Positions 40,262 to 51,637 of a DNA stretch of 64,000 nt are shown one piece after another. Within the stretch, counting starts at the first letter, position 1, and each line of letters begins with the position of its first letter. The notes below the pieces were generated by a model. It ran no database searches and was not told the origin of the DNA. It saw nothing but the letters and a program-made list of their open reading frames with translations. The translations under genes and the position numbers were made by a program. The stretch is from Methylobacterium sp. (GTDB taxonomy: Bacteria > Pseudomonadota > Alphaproteobacteria > Rhizobiales > Beijerinckiaceae). The stretch is taken from NCBI RefSeq assembly GCF_019745455.1, contig NZ_JAIETD010000070.1, positions 5,517 to 69,516 on the forward strand. Direction: 5' to 3'.

Positions 40262-40498
40262 TCAGGACGGCATCCGTGCCCGCGCGACCATGGCGCAGCC
40301 CTCGGGACCGGCACCCTCGACGGTCAGACGCTCGTAACGGACGCCGGTGAAGAGGAGGATCTCACCCACGGCATCGGCCGGATCGGCCTTTCGCCGGGCA
40401 CGCCGCGCGGCGGCCGCGGCGAATGGCAGGATCGCTGCGCCACGCAGTGCCTGAACCCTCGCGGTCTCATCCTCGCACAGCCTCGGATTAGCATTCAT
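40262..40498 (-). CDS. Small hypothetical protein with GEILLFTGVRYER motif
   Basis: Motif recognised from small Rhizobiales proteins. A partial CtrA box (TTAA-N7-TTGC, 40605-40619) lies upstream. Confidence 0.55.
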   Translation of the reverse strand: MNANPRLCEDETARVQALRGAAILPFAAAAARRARRKADPADAVGEILLFTGVRYERLTVEGAGPEGCAMVARARMPS

Positions 40499-40888
40499 CG
40501 CCGTCGATCCCGTCAATCGTGTCACCTCTTTGCGGCGCCGGTCCCCAAGGCCGTCCAGGCCTTCCGACCCGAGGCGTCGCGAGCGCCAGATCATCACGGG
40601 GTGGTTAACGGAGTGTTGCCGGCGCACGCGGCGTTCGGCACTGCCAGGGCAATGCACGCTAACGGTACCTGGTCGCTACCGGCCGATGGCGGACCTCGTC
40701 CGCCGAGGCTTCTCCGAGCCTTCCCGTCATTGGCTTGTATGTTGCATGATAAGCCATCGCCCATGGCGGGCGTTTCCTCCCTTGCACTTGGCCCCGTTCG
40801 CTGCGCGAGCGGGGCCTTTTCGTGCGCGCGTCGGCCGATCGGGAGGAGCCGGGGCAACGCGGCGCCACATCGCCGCCTCCTTTCGGGC

Positions 40889-40913
40889 GGAACCCCTGTG
40901 GCTGGGATGCGCT
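40889..40913 (+). promoter_or_regulatory. EcfG-like promoter (one mismatch)
   Basis: GGAAC-N16-CGCT upstream of the 40996 gene. Confidence 0.35.
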
Positions 40914-40995
40914 TGCTATGCATCCCGGTGGCCCGATATGGCCGAACGCCGCGACCGCCAGATTTTGACCCATGAAGAGCGAAGGACACCGCAGG

Positions 40996-41304
40996 ATGCG
41001 CGTGGTTACGTCACGACCCTCGATCTCAGGACTGCACCGCACGGCGCTGCTGGCTCCAGTCGCCCTCGCGCTTCTTGCCGCAACCCCGGCCATGGCGCAG
41101 CGCGAGGACCAGGGACTGCAGCTTGGATGCGCGAACGACTATTTCCGCCTTTGTGCCGGCGTCGATCCCAACAGCTCAGATGCCGAGAAGTGCATGGACC
41201 GCAACCGCGGCCGGCTCTCGCCGGAATGCCGGGCGGCCATCGGCGACTATGACCGCCGCACCGGCGGCCGCGCCTCGAAGCGCAATTCGGGCGCGGAGGA
41301 CTGA
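40996..41304 (+). CDS. Small secreted four-cysteine protein
   Basis: Signal peptide ending AMA, then C-X7-C-X12-C-X11-C pattern (GCANDYFRLC...EKC...SPECRAAI). Confidence 0.8.
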   Translation: MRVVTSRPSISGLHRTALLAPVALALLAATPAMAQREDQGLQLGCANDYFRLCAGVDPNSSDAEKCMDRNRGRLSPECRAAIGDYDRRTGGRASKRNSGAED

Positions 41305-41396
41305 CCCTGCCGGTCGGCGCCCGGTGACGGGAGCCGGCTTCCCGTGCGAGAGGGGAGGCGCTCCGCATCGTGGGGGCCTCGGGAGAGACGACAATC

Positions 41397-42344
41397 ATGG
41401 CCCTGACCGTCGCGGTTCAGATGGACCCGATCCAGGCGATCCGTATCGCCGGGGACACCACCTTCGCTCTGCTTCTGGAAGCGCAGGCCCGGGGCCATCG
41501 CCTCCTCTACTACACGCCTGATCGGCTCTCGCTTCAGAACGGCCGCGTCACCGCGCGCATCGAGGCGCTCAAGGTCCAGGACGTCGAGGGCGCCCATGCG
41601 GAGCTCGGCGAGGAGGGTCGGATTGACCTTGCCGAAGCCGACGTCGTCCTGATGCGCCAGGACCCACCCTTCGACATGGCCTATATCACCGCGACCCATA
41701 TGCTGGAGCGGATCGGCCCCCGCACTCTCGTGGTCAACGATCCGATCGAGGTGCGTAACGCGCCGGAGAAACTCTACGTCCTGCAATATCCCGAGTTGAT
41801 GCCGCCGACGCTGATCAGCCGCGACAAGGCCGAGATCGAGGCCTTCCGGGCCGAGAACGGCACCGTGGTGATGAAGCCGCTGCACGGCCATGGCGGCGCC
41901 GCGGTGTTCAGGGTCACGCAGGAGGACCCGAATTTCGGCTCGATGTTCGACTTCTTCGCCGCGACTTTTCGCGAAGCCTGGGTGACCCAGAAGTTCCTGA
42001 CACGCATCACCGAGGGCGACAAGCGCATCATCCTCGTAGACGGGATCGCCATGGGCGCGGTCAACCGGGTGCCGGCGGCGAACGACATCCGCTCGAACCT
42101 CGTGCGCGGTGGCGCGGCGGGCGCCTCCGAGCTCACCGAGCGCGAGCGCGAGATCTGCGCGACGATCGGCCCGGAGCTGAAGCGGCGCGGCCTCATCCTC
42201 GTCGGCATCGACGTGATCGACGGCCACCTCACCGAGATCAACGTGACCTCGCCCACCGGCATCCGCGCCATCCGCAGGCTCGGCGGACCGGATCTCGCCG
42301 CCGCGACCTGGGATGCGATCGAGGCGCGCCTCAAAAGGTCCTGA
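41397..42344 (+). CDS. gshB: Glutathione synthetase
   Basis: QMDPI, MRQDPPFDMAY, RNAPEK, GDKRI and LTEINVTSPTG. Confidence 0.96.
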   Translation: MALTVAVQMDPIQAIRIAGDTTFALLLEAQARGHRLLYYTPDRLSLQNGRVTARIEALKVQDVEGAHAELGEEGRIDLAEADVVLMRQDPPFDMAYITATHMLERIGPRTLVVNDPIEVRNAPEKLYVLQYPELMPPTLISRDKAEIEAFRAENGTVVMKPLHGHGGAAVFRVTQEDPNFGSMFDFFAATFREAWVTQKFLTRITEGDKRIILVDGIAMGAVNRVPAANDIRSNLVRGGAAGASELTEREREICATIGPELKRRGLILVGIDVIDGHLTEINVTSPTGIRAIRRLGGPDLAAATWDAIEARLKRS

Positions 42345-42631
42345 CGGATCAGGCGCCGGACCGCGCCTCCTCGGCATTGCTCGATACCGCTTCGGACGCG
42401 ACGAGATCGCGGCCTCGCTTGAGCGCCTTGCGATAACGCTTCTCGGCGATCTCGTCGTGGATCGCGAGGAGCCGTTGCGCCGTGGAGGACGTCGACTCGA
42501 GGATCGCGGTGGCCTCGCGGGCGAACAGGTCCTCGGCTTCAGGCGGGTCGTCGACAAGAGTGGAGCACCTGCAGGGTCAGGCAGAGCGTCTTGGCCGGAA
42601 TGTCGGACTCGCTCTCCTTGATGACCGCGGA

Positions 42632-42991
42632 TTCGGTATGTCGAGGGCGACGCTTTTTCGCCTGTTCGAAGCCGATGGCGGCGTCGCCGCCTATATCCGC
42701 GAGCGCCGCCTGCTTCTCGCCATTCGCCTCCTCACCGAGGGCGGCGGCGCAGGCCGCCCTCGCGTCTCGGCGGTGGCCTACGCTAGCGGATTATCCGATG
42801 AGAAGACTTTCAGCCCGGCCTTCAAGGGCCGGTTCGACATGCTGCAGCGCGATGCCGAATCCGGCGCTGCCGTGGGCCTCGCCAGCAACGAGAACATGCC
42901 CATCCCGATGAGCTCGATGAAGAACCGTACGGCCTGTGCCGGGCTCCTCGCTTCCCCGCTGGGCTTCATCCCCGCGCGGCGGCGACTTTGA
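42632..42991 (+). pseudogene. AraC-family HTH remnant (C-terminal domain only)
   Basis: GMSRATLFRLFEADGGVAAYIRERRL...VSAVAYASGLSDEKTFSPAFKGRF, with no N-terminal sensing domain. Confidence 0.65.
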
Positions 42992-43475
42992 GCTCGGGCT
43001 TGTGGTTCAGGGTCTGAAACACCACGCAGTAGCGTTCCGTGAGCTTGAGGAGCTGGTCGAGCTTCTCCTGAGGTGCGTCCGTGTCGAGGGCGAAGTCGAG
43101 GCGGATTGCCCGAAAGCCGACCGGCGCTTCCTTGTCGACGCCGAGGGTGCCGCGAAAGTCGAGATCGCCCTCGGCACTGACCGTACCGGCCCGCAGGTCG
43201 ATCTCGAGGGCGGTCGCCACCGCCTTCAGGGTGACTCCGGCGCAGGCGACCAGGGCTTCGAGCAGCATGTCGCCCGAGCAGAGCTCGGCGCCCGAGCCGC
43301 CGGTCGCCGGATGCAGGCCGGCAATGGCCAGCGCCCGGCCGGTCTCGACCTTGCAGGCGATCGACGTGTCGTCGAGGGTCCCCTTGGCCTTGAGGGTGAT
43401 GACGGCGGAGTCCGGGGCGCTGCGGTACTGGTCCTTGAGGGGAGCCTGGAGCGAGCGGAGCGTGGTGGCGTCCAT
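42966..43475 (-). CDS. OsmC family protein
   Basis: ELCSGDMLLEALVACAG and LTERYCVV (two conserved Cys). Confidence 0.88.
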   Translation of the reverse strand: MDATTLRSLQAPLKDQYRSAPDSAVITLKAKGTLDDTSIACKVETGRALAIAGLHPATGGSGAELCSGDMLLEALVACAGVTLKAVATALEIDLRAGTVSAEGDLDFRGTLGVDKEAPVGFRAIRLDFALDTDAPQEKLDQLLKLTERYCVVFQTLNHKPELKVAAARG

Positions 43476-43552
43476 GGGCGTGTTCTCCGTCCTTGTTCTT
43501 GATGCTGTGCGCGGCGTCTACCGTGCCGATCCCGGCGGCGCCAGAGCCGAGG

Positions 43553-44332
43553 CTACCACCACAGGGCGGCCTCGCCGGGCGTATCGTCTCGCGCCCGCCG
43601 CGGCTTCAACGATCGATCGAGGGCCGTGAGGATCTGGCGGGTCGCCGTCTCGCTGCGGGTGGATGTCGGGTTGCGCGGACGCGGCAGCGGCAACGGGATG
43701 GTGTCGTCGAGGCGGCCGGGTTTGGGGCGCATCACGACCGCCCGGTCGGCGAGCGCCACCGCCTCGCTCACGTCGTGGGTGACGATGAGTACGGTCGGCC
43801 GGACCTCCTCCCACAGGGCGAGGAGATGCCCGTGGAGGTCCTTGCGGGTGAAGGCATCGAGCGCCGAGAAAGGCTCGTCGAGGAGGAGCACCCGCGGGTT
43901 CGCCACGAAGGCGCGGGCGATGGCGACGCGCTGCTGCTGGCCGCCCGAGAGGTCGCGCGGCCAGCGGCCCGCATGCTCGGCCAGTCCGACGCGATCGAGG
44001 GCGTGGGCGACGCGCTCCCGGCGCTCGGCCTTCGGCAGATCCGCGAGGCCGAAGCCGACATTCTCGGAGGCCGTGAGCCAGGGCAGCAGCCGCGGTTCCT
44101 GAAAGACGAGGCCGACACCCGGATGCGGTCCGGCAATGGTCTCACCATCGAGGCTGATCGCACCCTCGCTCGCCCGGTCGAGCCCGGCGACGAGGCGCAG
44201 CAACGTTGTCTTGCCGCAGCCGGAGCCGCCGATCAGCGCGACGATCTCGCTCTTCTCGACCGACAGGGCGATGCCGTCGAGGGCGCGTGTCCCGTCGGCA
44301 TAGGTCTTGGAGAGGCGATCGAGGATCAGCAT
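43553..44332 (-). CDS. ssuB: Sulfonate/nitrate-type ABC transporter ATP-binding protein
   Basis: GGSGCGKTT, FQEPRLLPW, LSGGQQQR and LLDEPFSALD. Confidence 0.85.
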   Translation of the reverse strand: MLILDRLSKTYADGTRALDGIALSVEKSEIVALIGGSGCGKTTLLRLVAGLDRASEGAISLDGETIAGPHPGVGLVFQEPRLLPWLTASENVGFGLADLPKAERRERVAHALDRVGLAEHAGRWPRDLSGGQQQRVAIARAFVANPRVLLLDEPFSALDAFTRKDLHGHLLALWEEVRPTVLIVTHDVSEAVALADRAVVMRPKPGRLDDTIPLPLPRPRNPTSTRSETATRQILTALDRSLKPRRARDDTPGEAALWW

Positions 44333-44337
44333 GGCGG

Positions 44338-45168
44338 CTACAGCGTCTCCCGCGCCGTGTCCTGCCACCGCGTCAGTGGACGGGTCAGCGCCACCAGAAC
44401 CGCATCGGCGAGCTTGCCGAGCACCGCGAAGGCGATGATCGCGGCGAGGATCTGATCGGCGCGGCTGAACTGCTGGCCGTCGACGAGCAGATAGCCGAGC
44501 CCTTCCGAGGCCCCCATCAGCTCGGCCGCGACCACGAACAGGAACCCGAGGCCGAGACCCGTGCGCAGGGCCACGAGGGTCGCCGGCAGCACGGCCGGCA
44601 GAAGGATACGACGGGCCAAGGCCGTCTTGGAGAGCCGGAAGATGCGGCCGACCTCGACGAGCTTACGATCGACCGAGGCGATGGCGCCGGCCACCCCGAT
44701 ATAGACCGGGAAGAACACCCCGACGGCGATCAGCGCGACCTTGGGGGTCTCCAGGATGCCGAGCCACAGGATGAACAACGGCACCCAGGCAAGCGACGGC
44801 ACCGCGCGCAGGGCCTGGAGGGTCGGGTCGAGCAGGTGGCGGGCGAATGGCATGGTGCCGGTCAGCGCCCCCGCGGCGATGCCTGTGACGGATCCGAACA
44901 CGAAGCCGAGGGCGACCCGGGTCAGCGTCGCCTGCACGTGCAGCCACAGGTCGCCGGAGACAGCGAGACCGTAGAGGGTGGCGGCGATCCGGCTCGGCGG
45001 CGGCAGGAGACGGCCCTGCGCCAGCCCGTTGCGGACCGCGATTTCCCAACCCAAGGCGACCGCCAGCGGCAGCACGAGACCGAGGGCGAGACGGCCCGCC
45101 CCACCCCACTCCGCTCGTCGCGCAGAGGCGGCCGTGCCGTTCGCCACGGGCGTCGCGGTCTCGGCCAT
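44338..45168 (-). CDS. ssuC: Sulfonate-type ABC transporter permease
   Basis: LPPPS, VPSLAWVPLFILWLGI and VAAELMGASEGLG. Confidence 0.85.
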   Translation of the reverse strand: MAETATPVANGTAASARRAEWGGAGRLALGLVLPLAVALGWEIAVRNGLAQGRLLPPPSRIAATLYGLAVSGDLWLHVQATLTRVALGFVFGSVTGIAAGALTGTMPFARHLLDPTLQALRAVPSLAWVPLFILWLGILETPKVALIAVGVFFPVYIGVAGAIASVDRKLVEVGRIFRLSKTALARRILLPAVLPATLVALRTGLGLGFLFVVAAELMGASEGLGYLLVDGQQFSRADQILAAIIAFAVLGKLADAVLVALTRPLTRWQDTARETL

Positions 45169-45173
45169 TCCGC

Positions 45174-46145
45174 TCAGCGGGCGGCGGCAGGCGCGAAGCG
45201 GGAATCGATCAGGCCCTCGACCGCCGCGGCGACATCGACATCGGCCGGAACCACGCCCGCCTGCTGGAGGGCGACGCCGGCCGCCTTGATGCTCTGCGAC
45301 TGGGCCGTGCCGATCGCCGGCTGGGTCAGGTCGGTGCGCTCGATCTGGCGGGCGATCACCGGCTCGGGCAGCTTCGTCGCCGCGACGAGCGCCTGTTTGA
45401 GGGCATCCGGGTTGGCGATGGCGTAGGCCCGGGCACGCTCGTAGGCGGCGATCACGGCGGTGACGAGGTCGGGATGCGCCTTGGCGAAATCCTCGCGCAC
45501 GTCGAGCACGCCCCAGGTGTTGGCCGCGGCATCGCGGAAGAACAGGACATTGCCGGCCTCGACCTCGGAGGCCGCCATCATCGGGTCGAGCCCCGCCCAG
45601 GCGTCGACATCGCCGCGCTCCAGGGCGCTGCGTCCGTCGGCGTGCTGGAGAAGGACGAGCTTGGCGTCCTTCTCGGTAAGCCCGGCGCCCTGCAGGGCGC
45701 GAATGAGGAAGATGTGCGGGTCGGTGCCGCGCGTGACCGCGATGCGCTTACCCTTGAGGTCCGCCGGCTTGGCAATGCCCGTGTCCTTGCGGGTCACGAG
45801 GGCCGTCCATTCGGGCCGCGAATAGGCGTAGATCGCCTTGATCGGGTTGCCGTTGATCCTGGCCAGAAGCGCCGCCGCACCGGCTGTCGAGCCGAAATCG
45901 ATGGCGCCCGCGTTGAGGAATTCGAGAGCCTTGTTCGAGCCGAGGGACTGCGTCCAGCGGACCTTGATGCCCTTCGCCTTCAGGGACTCTTCGAGGAAGC
46001 CCTTATCCTTGAGGACGAGGCTGACCGGGTTATAGGTCGCCCAATCGAGGCGGATCTCGGTGACCTCAGCGGCACGAACCGGTAGGGCGGAGAGCCCGAG
46101 GGCTGCGCAAAAAGCACCCAGGACTAGACGGCGGACCAGCGGCAT
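45174..46145 (-). CDS. ssuA: Aliphatic sulfonate ABC transporter substrate-binding protein
   Basis: IRLDWATYNP, LNAGAIDFG, DLKGKRIAVTRGT and VDAWAGLDP. Confidence 0.85.
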   Translation of the reverse strand: MPLVRRLVLGAFCAALGLSALPVRAAEVTEIRLDWATYNPVSLVLKDKGFLEESLKAKGIKVRWTQSLGSNKALEFLNAGAIDFGSTAGAAALLARINGNPIKAIYAYSRPEWTALVTRKDTGIAKPADLKGKRIAVTRGTDPHIFLIRALQGAGLTEKDAKLVLLQHADGRSALERGDVDAWAGLDPMMAASEVEAGNVLFFRDAAANTWGVLDVREDFAKAHPDLVTAVIAAYERARAYAIANPDALKQALVAATKLPEPVIARQIERTDLTQPAIGTAQSQSIKAAGVALQQAGVVPADVDVAAAVEGLIDSRFAPAAAR

Positions 46146-46350
46146 CTCGGCTCCTCCCCATGCAGCGAACGCTAAGGGCCCGCGTCGCTGCCATTCCTGC
46201 AAAGGTTATGATACGCCGTCTAGGCAAGCGCGTTCTTTATGTCAAACATCTTTTCCGCCATAGAGAACGCTGTCTGTGAATCGCGCACCGAGGCTCCCGC
46301 GACGAGCCGAGCGATGGCGCCGCCCCCGTAACATGCTAACGGGGTTGCCC

Positions 46351-49140
46351 ATGTTCGACGCCTGCGCCGCCCTCAAGACCGTCCTCGACAATCTCCCGCG
46401 GGACGCACGCGAAGCGACGCAATTGCGCTCCGTCCTGGTTCCGGAATTGCGTCGCGTGATCGCAGCCGGCCACGCGGATGCCGAGGAGCGGCTCCTCGCG
46501 GAAAGGGACGGCGTCGCCTGCGCCAACCGCATCAGCGCGCTGACCGATGCGGTGATCCGGGCGATCCACGACGCCGTGGTCTGGCGGCTCTATCCGAACG
46601 ACAATCCATCCTCCGGCGAGCAGCTCGCGGTGGTGGCCACCGGCGGTTACGGCCGAGGCACCATGGCGCCGGGATCTGATATCGATCTCCTGTTCCTGCT
46701 TCCCTACAAGCAGACCGCATGGTCGGAGAGCGTCGTCGAAGCGATGCTCTACGTGCTGTGGGACCTCAAGGTGAAGGTCGGCCACGCCACGCGCTCCGTC
46801 GAGGAATGCCTGCGCGAAAGCAAGGCGGACATGACGATCCGCACGGCGCTCCTCGAAGCGCGCTTCCTGTTCGGCTCCCGAGCGCTGTTCGAGGAACTGG
46901 TCACACGGTTCGACCAGGAACTCGTGATGTGGACAGCACCCGAATTCGTCGAGGCGAAACTGCGCGAGCGCGACACCCGCGTGAGCAAGGCCGGGGCCTC
47001 GCGCTACCTCGTCGAGCCCAACGTCAAGGACGGCAAGGGAGGGCTTCGCGACCTCAACACCCTGTTCTGGATCGCCAAATACACCTACCGGGTCCGCGAT
47101 CAGGCGGAACTCGTGAGCGCCGGCCTTTTCACGCAGGAGGAGTATAACCTCTTCGAGCGCTGCGAGGAACTGCTCTGGCGGGTGCGATGCCACATGCACT
47201 TCGTCACCGGACGTTCGGAGGAGCGCCTGTCCTTCGGGCTGCAGCCGAAGATCGCCGAGCGTCTCGGCTATGGGCCGCGCGGCGGCCTTTCGGCGGTGGA
47301 GCGCTTCATGAAGGCGTATTTCCTGATCGCAAAGGATGTCGGCGACCTTACCGCTATCGTCTGCGCCGCGCTCGAAGCCCGCCATGCCAAGCGCACGCCC
47401 GTCCTCGACCGTTGGATCGGGAAATTCCGCGATCGTTTCCGTGCCACCGCGATCGAGGCCGAGGATTTCGTCGACGACCACGGCCGCATCAATGTCAGGG
47501 ATGCCGATGCCTTCGTGCGCGATCCCGTCAACCTGATCCGGCTGTTCTGGCTGGCCGACCGCCACAACCTGCCGATCCATCCGGACGCCACCCGCCTCGC
47601 CAACCGCTCGCGGCGGCTGATCGGCCATTCCTTGCGGGCGGATGCGGAGGCCAACCAGCTCTTCCTCGACATCCTGACCTCGAAGAATTCGCCGGAGACC
47701 ATCCTGCGGCTGATGAACGAGGCCGGCGTGCTCGGGCGCTTCATCCCGGATTTCGGCCGCATCGTCGCGATGATGCAGTTCAACATGTACCATCACTTCA
47801 CGGTGGACGAGCACCTGCTGCGCTCCCTCGGCGTGCTGGCGGCGATCGATTCCGGCCGGATCGTCGAAGAGCATCCCCTCGTCTCGCGGCTCATCGAGAC
47901 GATCAGCAACCGCCGCGCCCTCTACGTCGCTGTGCTGCTGCACGACATCGCCAAGGGACGACCCGAGGACCATTCCATCGCGGGCGCCGTCATCGCGTTG
48001 AAGATCGGGCCGCGTTTCGGCCTCAGCCCGGCGGAAACCGAGATGGTGGCGTGGCTCGTCGAGCATCACCTCCTGATGTCGATGACGGCGCAGAGCCGCG
48101 ACCTCTCGGACCCGAAGACCATCGAGAAGTTCGCCGGCGTGGTCCAGACGCTGGAACGCCTGAAGCTCCTGACCATCCTCACCGTGGCCGACATCACGGC
48201 GGTGGGTCCGGGCGTCTGGACCGCCTGGAAGGGAACGCTGCTGCGCACCCTCTACGACGAGACCGAGGTTCTGCTCTCCGGCGGCCATTCCGAGATCGCC
48301 CGCACCGACAGGGTCCGGCTGATCCAGATGGCCCTGCGCGAGCAGCTCGCCGACTGGAAATCGGACGCCTTCGACGCCTACTCCGCCCGCCACAACCAGG
48401 CCTACTGGCTCAAGGTGGATGTCGCGCGCCAGTTCAAGCATGCGGGCTTCGTCGCACGGCTGGCTGCGCAGGGGCGCACCGTCGCCACCGCCTGCGAGAC
48501 CGACCCGGCCCGTGGCATCACCGAATTGACGATCTACTCCCCCGACCATCCGCGGCTGCTCGCCATCGTGACGGGTGCCTGCGCGGCCTCGGGCGGCAAC
48601 ATCGTCGACGCCCAGATCTTCACGACCAACGACGGCTTTGCCCTCGACTCCATCTTCATCTCGCGCGCCTTCGACCGCGACGAGGACGAAATGCGACGGG
48701 CCGGCCGCATTACGACGGCGATTGAGAAGGCGCTGAAGGGCGAGATCCGCATCGCCGATCTCGTTGCCGACAAGCATCCGCCGACCGCGCGGGCGATGAC
48801 CTTCCTGGTGCCGCCGGACATGTCGATCGACAACGCATTGTCGAGCCGCGAGACTGTCATCGAGATCACCGGCCTCGACCGGCCCGGTCTGCTCTACGAA
48901 CTGACGACCGCGCTGAGCCGGCTCAGCCTCAACATCACCTCGGCCCATGTCGCCACCTTCGGCGAGCGCGCCGTCGACGTCTTCTACGTCACCGACCTCA
49001 CCGGTACCCGCGTGACCCAGCCGGATCGGCAGGCGGCGATCCGAAGCGCCGTGATGGAGGTGTTCGCGGGCGACGTCGCCGCCATGCGCGCCGAGGGCTT
49101 GGAGGCTCTGGTCGATTCACCGCCGCCGCGAGAGGCGTGA
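46351..49140 (+). CDS. glnD: Bifunctional uridylyltransferase/uridylyl-removing enzyme
   Basis: [45 protein letters not shown] and two C-terminal ACT domains. Confidence 0.97.
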   Translation: MFDACAALKTVLDNLPRDAREATQLRSVLVPELRRVIAAGHADAEERLLAERDGVACANRISALTDAVIRAIHDAVVWRLYPNDNPSSGEQLAVVATGGYGRGTMAPGSDIDLLFLLPYKQTAWSESVVEAMLYVLWDLKVKVGHATRSVEECLRESKADMTIRTALLEARFLFGSRALFEELVTRFDQELVMWTAPEFVEAKLRERDTRVSKAGASRYLVEPNVKDGKGGLRDLNTLFWIAKYTYRVRDQAELVSAGLFTQEEYNLFERCEELLWRVRCHMHFVTGRSEERLSFGLQPKIAERLGYGPRGGLSAVERFMKAYFLIAKDVGDLTAIVCAALEARHAKRTPVLDRWIGKFRDRFRATAIEAEDFVDDHGRINVRDADAFVRDPVNLIRLFWLADRHNLPIHPDATRLANRSRRLIGHSLRADAEANQLFLDILTSKNSPETILRLMNEAGVLGRFIPDFGRIVAMMQFNMYHHFTVDEHLLRSLGVLAAIDSGRIVEEHPLVSRLIETISNRRALYVAVLLHDIAKGRPEDHSIAGAVIALKIGPRFGLSPAETEMVAWLVEHHLLMSMTAQSRDLSDPKTIEKFAGVVQTLERLKLLTILTVADITAVGPGVWTAWKGTLLRTLYDETEVLLSGGHSEIARTDRVRLIQMALREQLADWKSDAFDAYSARHNQAYWLKVDVARQFKHAGFVARLAAQGRTVATACETDPARGITELTIYSPDHPRLLAIVTGACAASGGNIVDAQIFTTNDGFALDSIFISRAFDRDEDEMRRAGRITTAIEKALKGEIRIADLVADKHPPTARAMTFLVPPDMSIDNALSSRETVIEITGLDRPGLLYELTTALSRLSLNITSAHVATFGERAVDVFYVTDLTGTRVTQPDRQAAIRSAVMEVFAGDVAAMRAEGLEALVDSPPPREA

Positions 49141-49222
49141 TCATGGGCAAGCGCTTGATTTCGCGGCCTGCGCGCCTGATATCAGCGCCGACCCCGAAAA
49201 CCTCACCGATCGACGACACACG

Positions 49223-49834
49223 ATGATGGCGAACCACATGGAGCACGAGGATCAGCGCGAGACCGTCGAGGCGGTCGCCGAGGATGGGGCTGCCAAAGCC
49301 GAGCCGTCGAAGGCCGATGCGTCGCAGCCCGATCCCGCCGCAGCCCTGGCCGCGGAGCGCGACGAGCTGAAGGACCGCGTCCTGCGTACGCTGGCCGAGA
49401 TGGAGAATCTGCGCCGGCGGACCGAGCGTGAGGTCGCCGATGCGCGCACCTATGCGGTGACCAACTTCGCCCGCGACCTGCTCACCGCCGCAGACAACAT
49501 CCGCCGCGCCATCGAGAGCGTGCCGGCCGAGGCGAGAGAGAGCGCGGACGGTGCCTTCAAGGCGCTTCTCGACGGCATCGAGCTGACGGAACGCGACCTT
49601 GCCAAGACCTTCGACCGCCACGGCGTGAAACTCCTAGAGCCGAAGGGCCAGCGCTTCGACCCGAACCGCCATCAGGCGATGTTCGAGGTTCCCGATGCGG
49701 AGGTTCCGAGCGGGACCGTGGTTCAGGTGATGCAGGCCGGTTACGTGCTCGGCGATCGCGTCCTGCGCCCTGCCCTCGTCGGCGTCGCCAAGGGGGGACC
49801 GAAGCCGGCTGCGACCCCGGCCGACGCGGCCTGA
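49223..49834 (+). CDS. grpE: Nucleotide exchange factor GrpE
   Basis: [20 protein letters not shown] and [14 protein letters not shown]. Confidence 0.96.
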   Translation: MMANHMEHEDQRETVEAVAEDGAAKAEPSKADASQPDPAAALAAERDELKDRVLRTLAEMENLRRRTEREVADARTYAVTNFARDLLTAADNIRRAIESVPAEARESADGAFKALLDGIELTERDLAKTFDRHGVKLLEPKGQRFDPNRHQAMFEVPDAEVPSGTVVQVMQAGYVLGDRVLRPALVGVAKGGPKPAATPADAA

Positions 49835-49844
49835 TCGTCCGCCC

Positions 49845-50816
49845 CTATTTGACATGAACGCTGTCGACGACGTCGCGGAAGCGTGACAGCGTCACCTCGC
49901 GCTGTTCGGCTCGGACGACCCCGACGGCACGCAGGTAGCCGTCGGGAGCGAAGCGGATCGTCTGCGAGACCACGACCGGCGTATCCGTCGGAAGGTCTTT
50001 GGCCCGTGCCACGATCTCGTGCCAGTCGACGCCGTTCTGGCGGTAGCTCTGCGAGCGCTCGATCACGAAATCCTTGATCGTCTGGTTCGAATAGAGAGCG
50101 GCCTTGGCGAAGGCGTCCCGCTGCTCGGCCGTGGGCGGCGGCTGCACCGCCTGCGCCAGCACGAGGATCGGCTGTTCAAGGTTGCTCACCTCGTCCTTGG
50201 GCCCGAGCGTCATCAACATCGAGTTGCCCGCGAGCACCCGTACCGGACGGAACCCGGCCAGATTGCCGACCCGGAACGGCAGAGCGCCGACGAGTTGATC
50301 GAGGCTGAGGGCGGGCCGGATCCGCACGCCCGTCAGCATCGCCTTCATGGATTCTTCGGTCTCGGCCCCGGGAAGGCTCTGCGCGATGATGATGCCGGTG
50401 ACGGTGGGGTCGCCGACGAGGAGCAGCCACTTCTTGATGGAGGGGGTGCCCGGCGGCTCGGCGATCGGCTGCTCGCCGGTGAACAGGACCGCGTCCACGT
50501 CACCCGCGAGCTTGATCGCCTCGCGATTCGAGACGACGAAGCCCTGCGTCTTCAAATTCTCGTCCGTGAAGTTCTTTTCAAGATCGACATAGGCAGCGGG
50601 TGGCAGCTCCACCACGGAGACGGTCGCTCCCCCTTCCAGGCGTTCGAACCCGGTGAAACGCTTCGAGATCGCCATGTCCGGCGGTGGCGAGAACCCGAAC
50701 CGCGAACCCGGCGGATAGATCGCCTCCGCCGCCATCGCGCTGGACGCAACGAAGGCGCAGAGGGCCAGAGAGAGGGCCAGGGCAAGACTGGAACGCGGGA
50801 GATCACGCAGACGCAT
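49845..50816 (-). CDS. Secreted conserved hypothetical protein
   Basis: Signal peptide ending AMA, YPPGSRFG N-terminus, coding-like composition. Confidence 0.75.
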   Translation of the reverse strand: MRLRDLPRSSLALALSLALCAFVASSAMAAEAIYPPGSRFGFSPPPDMAISKRFTGFERLEGGATVSVVELPPAAYVDLEKNFTDENLKTQGFVVSNREAIKLAGDVDAVLFTGEQPIAEPPGTPSIKKWLLLVGDPTVTGIIIAQSLPGAETEESMKAMLTGVRIRPALSLDQLVGALPFRVGNLAGFRPVRVLAGNSMLMTLGPKDEVSNLEQPILVLAQAVQPPPTAEQRDAFAKAALYSNQTIKDFVIERSQSYRQNGVDWHEIVARAKDLPTDTPVVVSQTIRFAPDGYLRAVGVVRAEQREVTLSRFRDVVDSVHVK

Positions 50817-50946
50817 CGGGTGGATAGCTCCAGGTACGGGACGTCTCGAACGGGGAGCCGCTCGGCGCGGCCGGGGCTGCCCTTCGGCGGCCGGCTTCGC
50901 GCAAGGATGAGGTCGGCTTCCGTTCCACCCCTGTCAAGCGTCGACG

Positions 50947-51630
50947 TCACTCCGGAGGACGCGTGACGCGGCGCAAGGTGAGGTTGCAGCGCCCTCCTGG
51001 GGGCAACAGACCGGTCATGATCTTGGTCAGGACCGGCGGTTCCATGCCGCCGAGAAGGTCGGGAAGAGCCGGAAGAATCCTGTCGACGCCGTGATGGATC
51101 AGGCGCGAGGCGCCGCCGATGACAAGGGCATCCCCAGAAGCGAGCCTGATCGATCGCGTCGGGTCGCTCCGCCGAATGCCGCCGTAGCGAAAGAGCGCGG
51201 TTGCCCCGAGGGAGAGCGAGACCACGGGCGCATCGAGCGCCGCTTCATCCCGGTCCTGGTGCAATCCCATCCGCGCGCCTGGCTCGTAGAGGTTCACGAG
51301 GCAGGTCTCGGGCGGGGCCTCGTATCCGGCAAGATCTCGCCACGCCGCCATCGCTGTGGGAGGGATCGACGGCCAGGTTGCGCCGGTCTCGGGGTGATGG
51401 GGTTGATAGCGATAGCCGGCCTCGTCCGAGACCCAGCCGAGCGCGCCGCAATTCGTCATCCGCACCGAGAACGGCGCGCCGGTCCGCGGCATCCGCGGTC
51501 GGTAAGGCGGCGAGACGGCGATGACCTCAGCGAGCTCGATCCAAAGCCGGGCCAGCCCGGCCGCGTCGAGGTAGCCCGGATGATGGACGAGGCCCGGAGC
51601 GAGAGCGATTCCGGGCCCGGGCGCAGCCAT
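50947..51630 (-). CDS. AlkB-family 2OG-Fe(II) dioxygenase
   Basis: MTNCG..GW, CLVNLY, GLHQDRDE, HHGV and NLTLRR. Confidence 0.9.
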   Translation of the reverse strand: MAAPGPGIALAPGLVHHPGYLDAAGLARLWIELAEVIAVSPPYRPRMPRTGAPFSVRMTNCGALGWVSDEAGYRYQPHHPETGATWPSIPPTAMAAWRDLAGYEAPPETCLVNLYEPGARMGLHQDRDEAALDAPVVSLSLGATALFRYGGIRRSDPTRSIRLASGDALVIGGASRLIHHGVDRILPALPDLLGGMEPPVLTKIMTGLLPPGGRCNLTLRRVTRPPE

Positions 51631-51637
51631 GGCGCGG

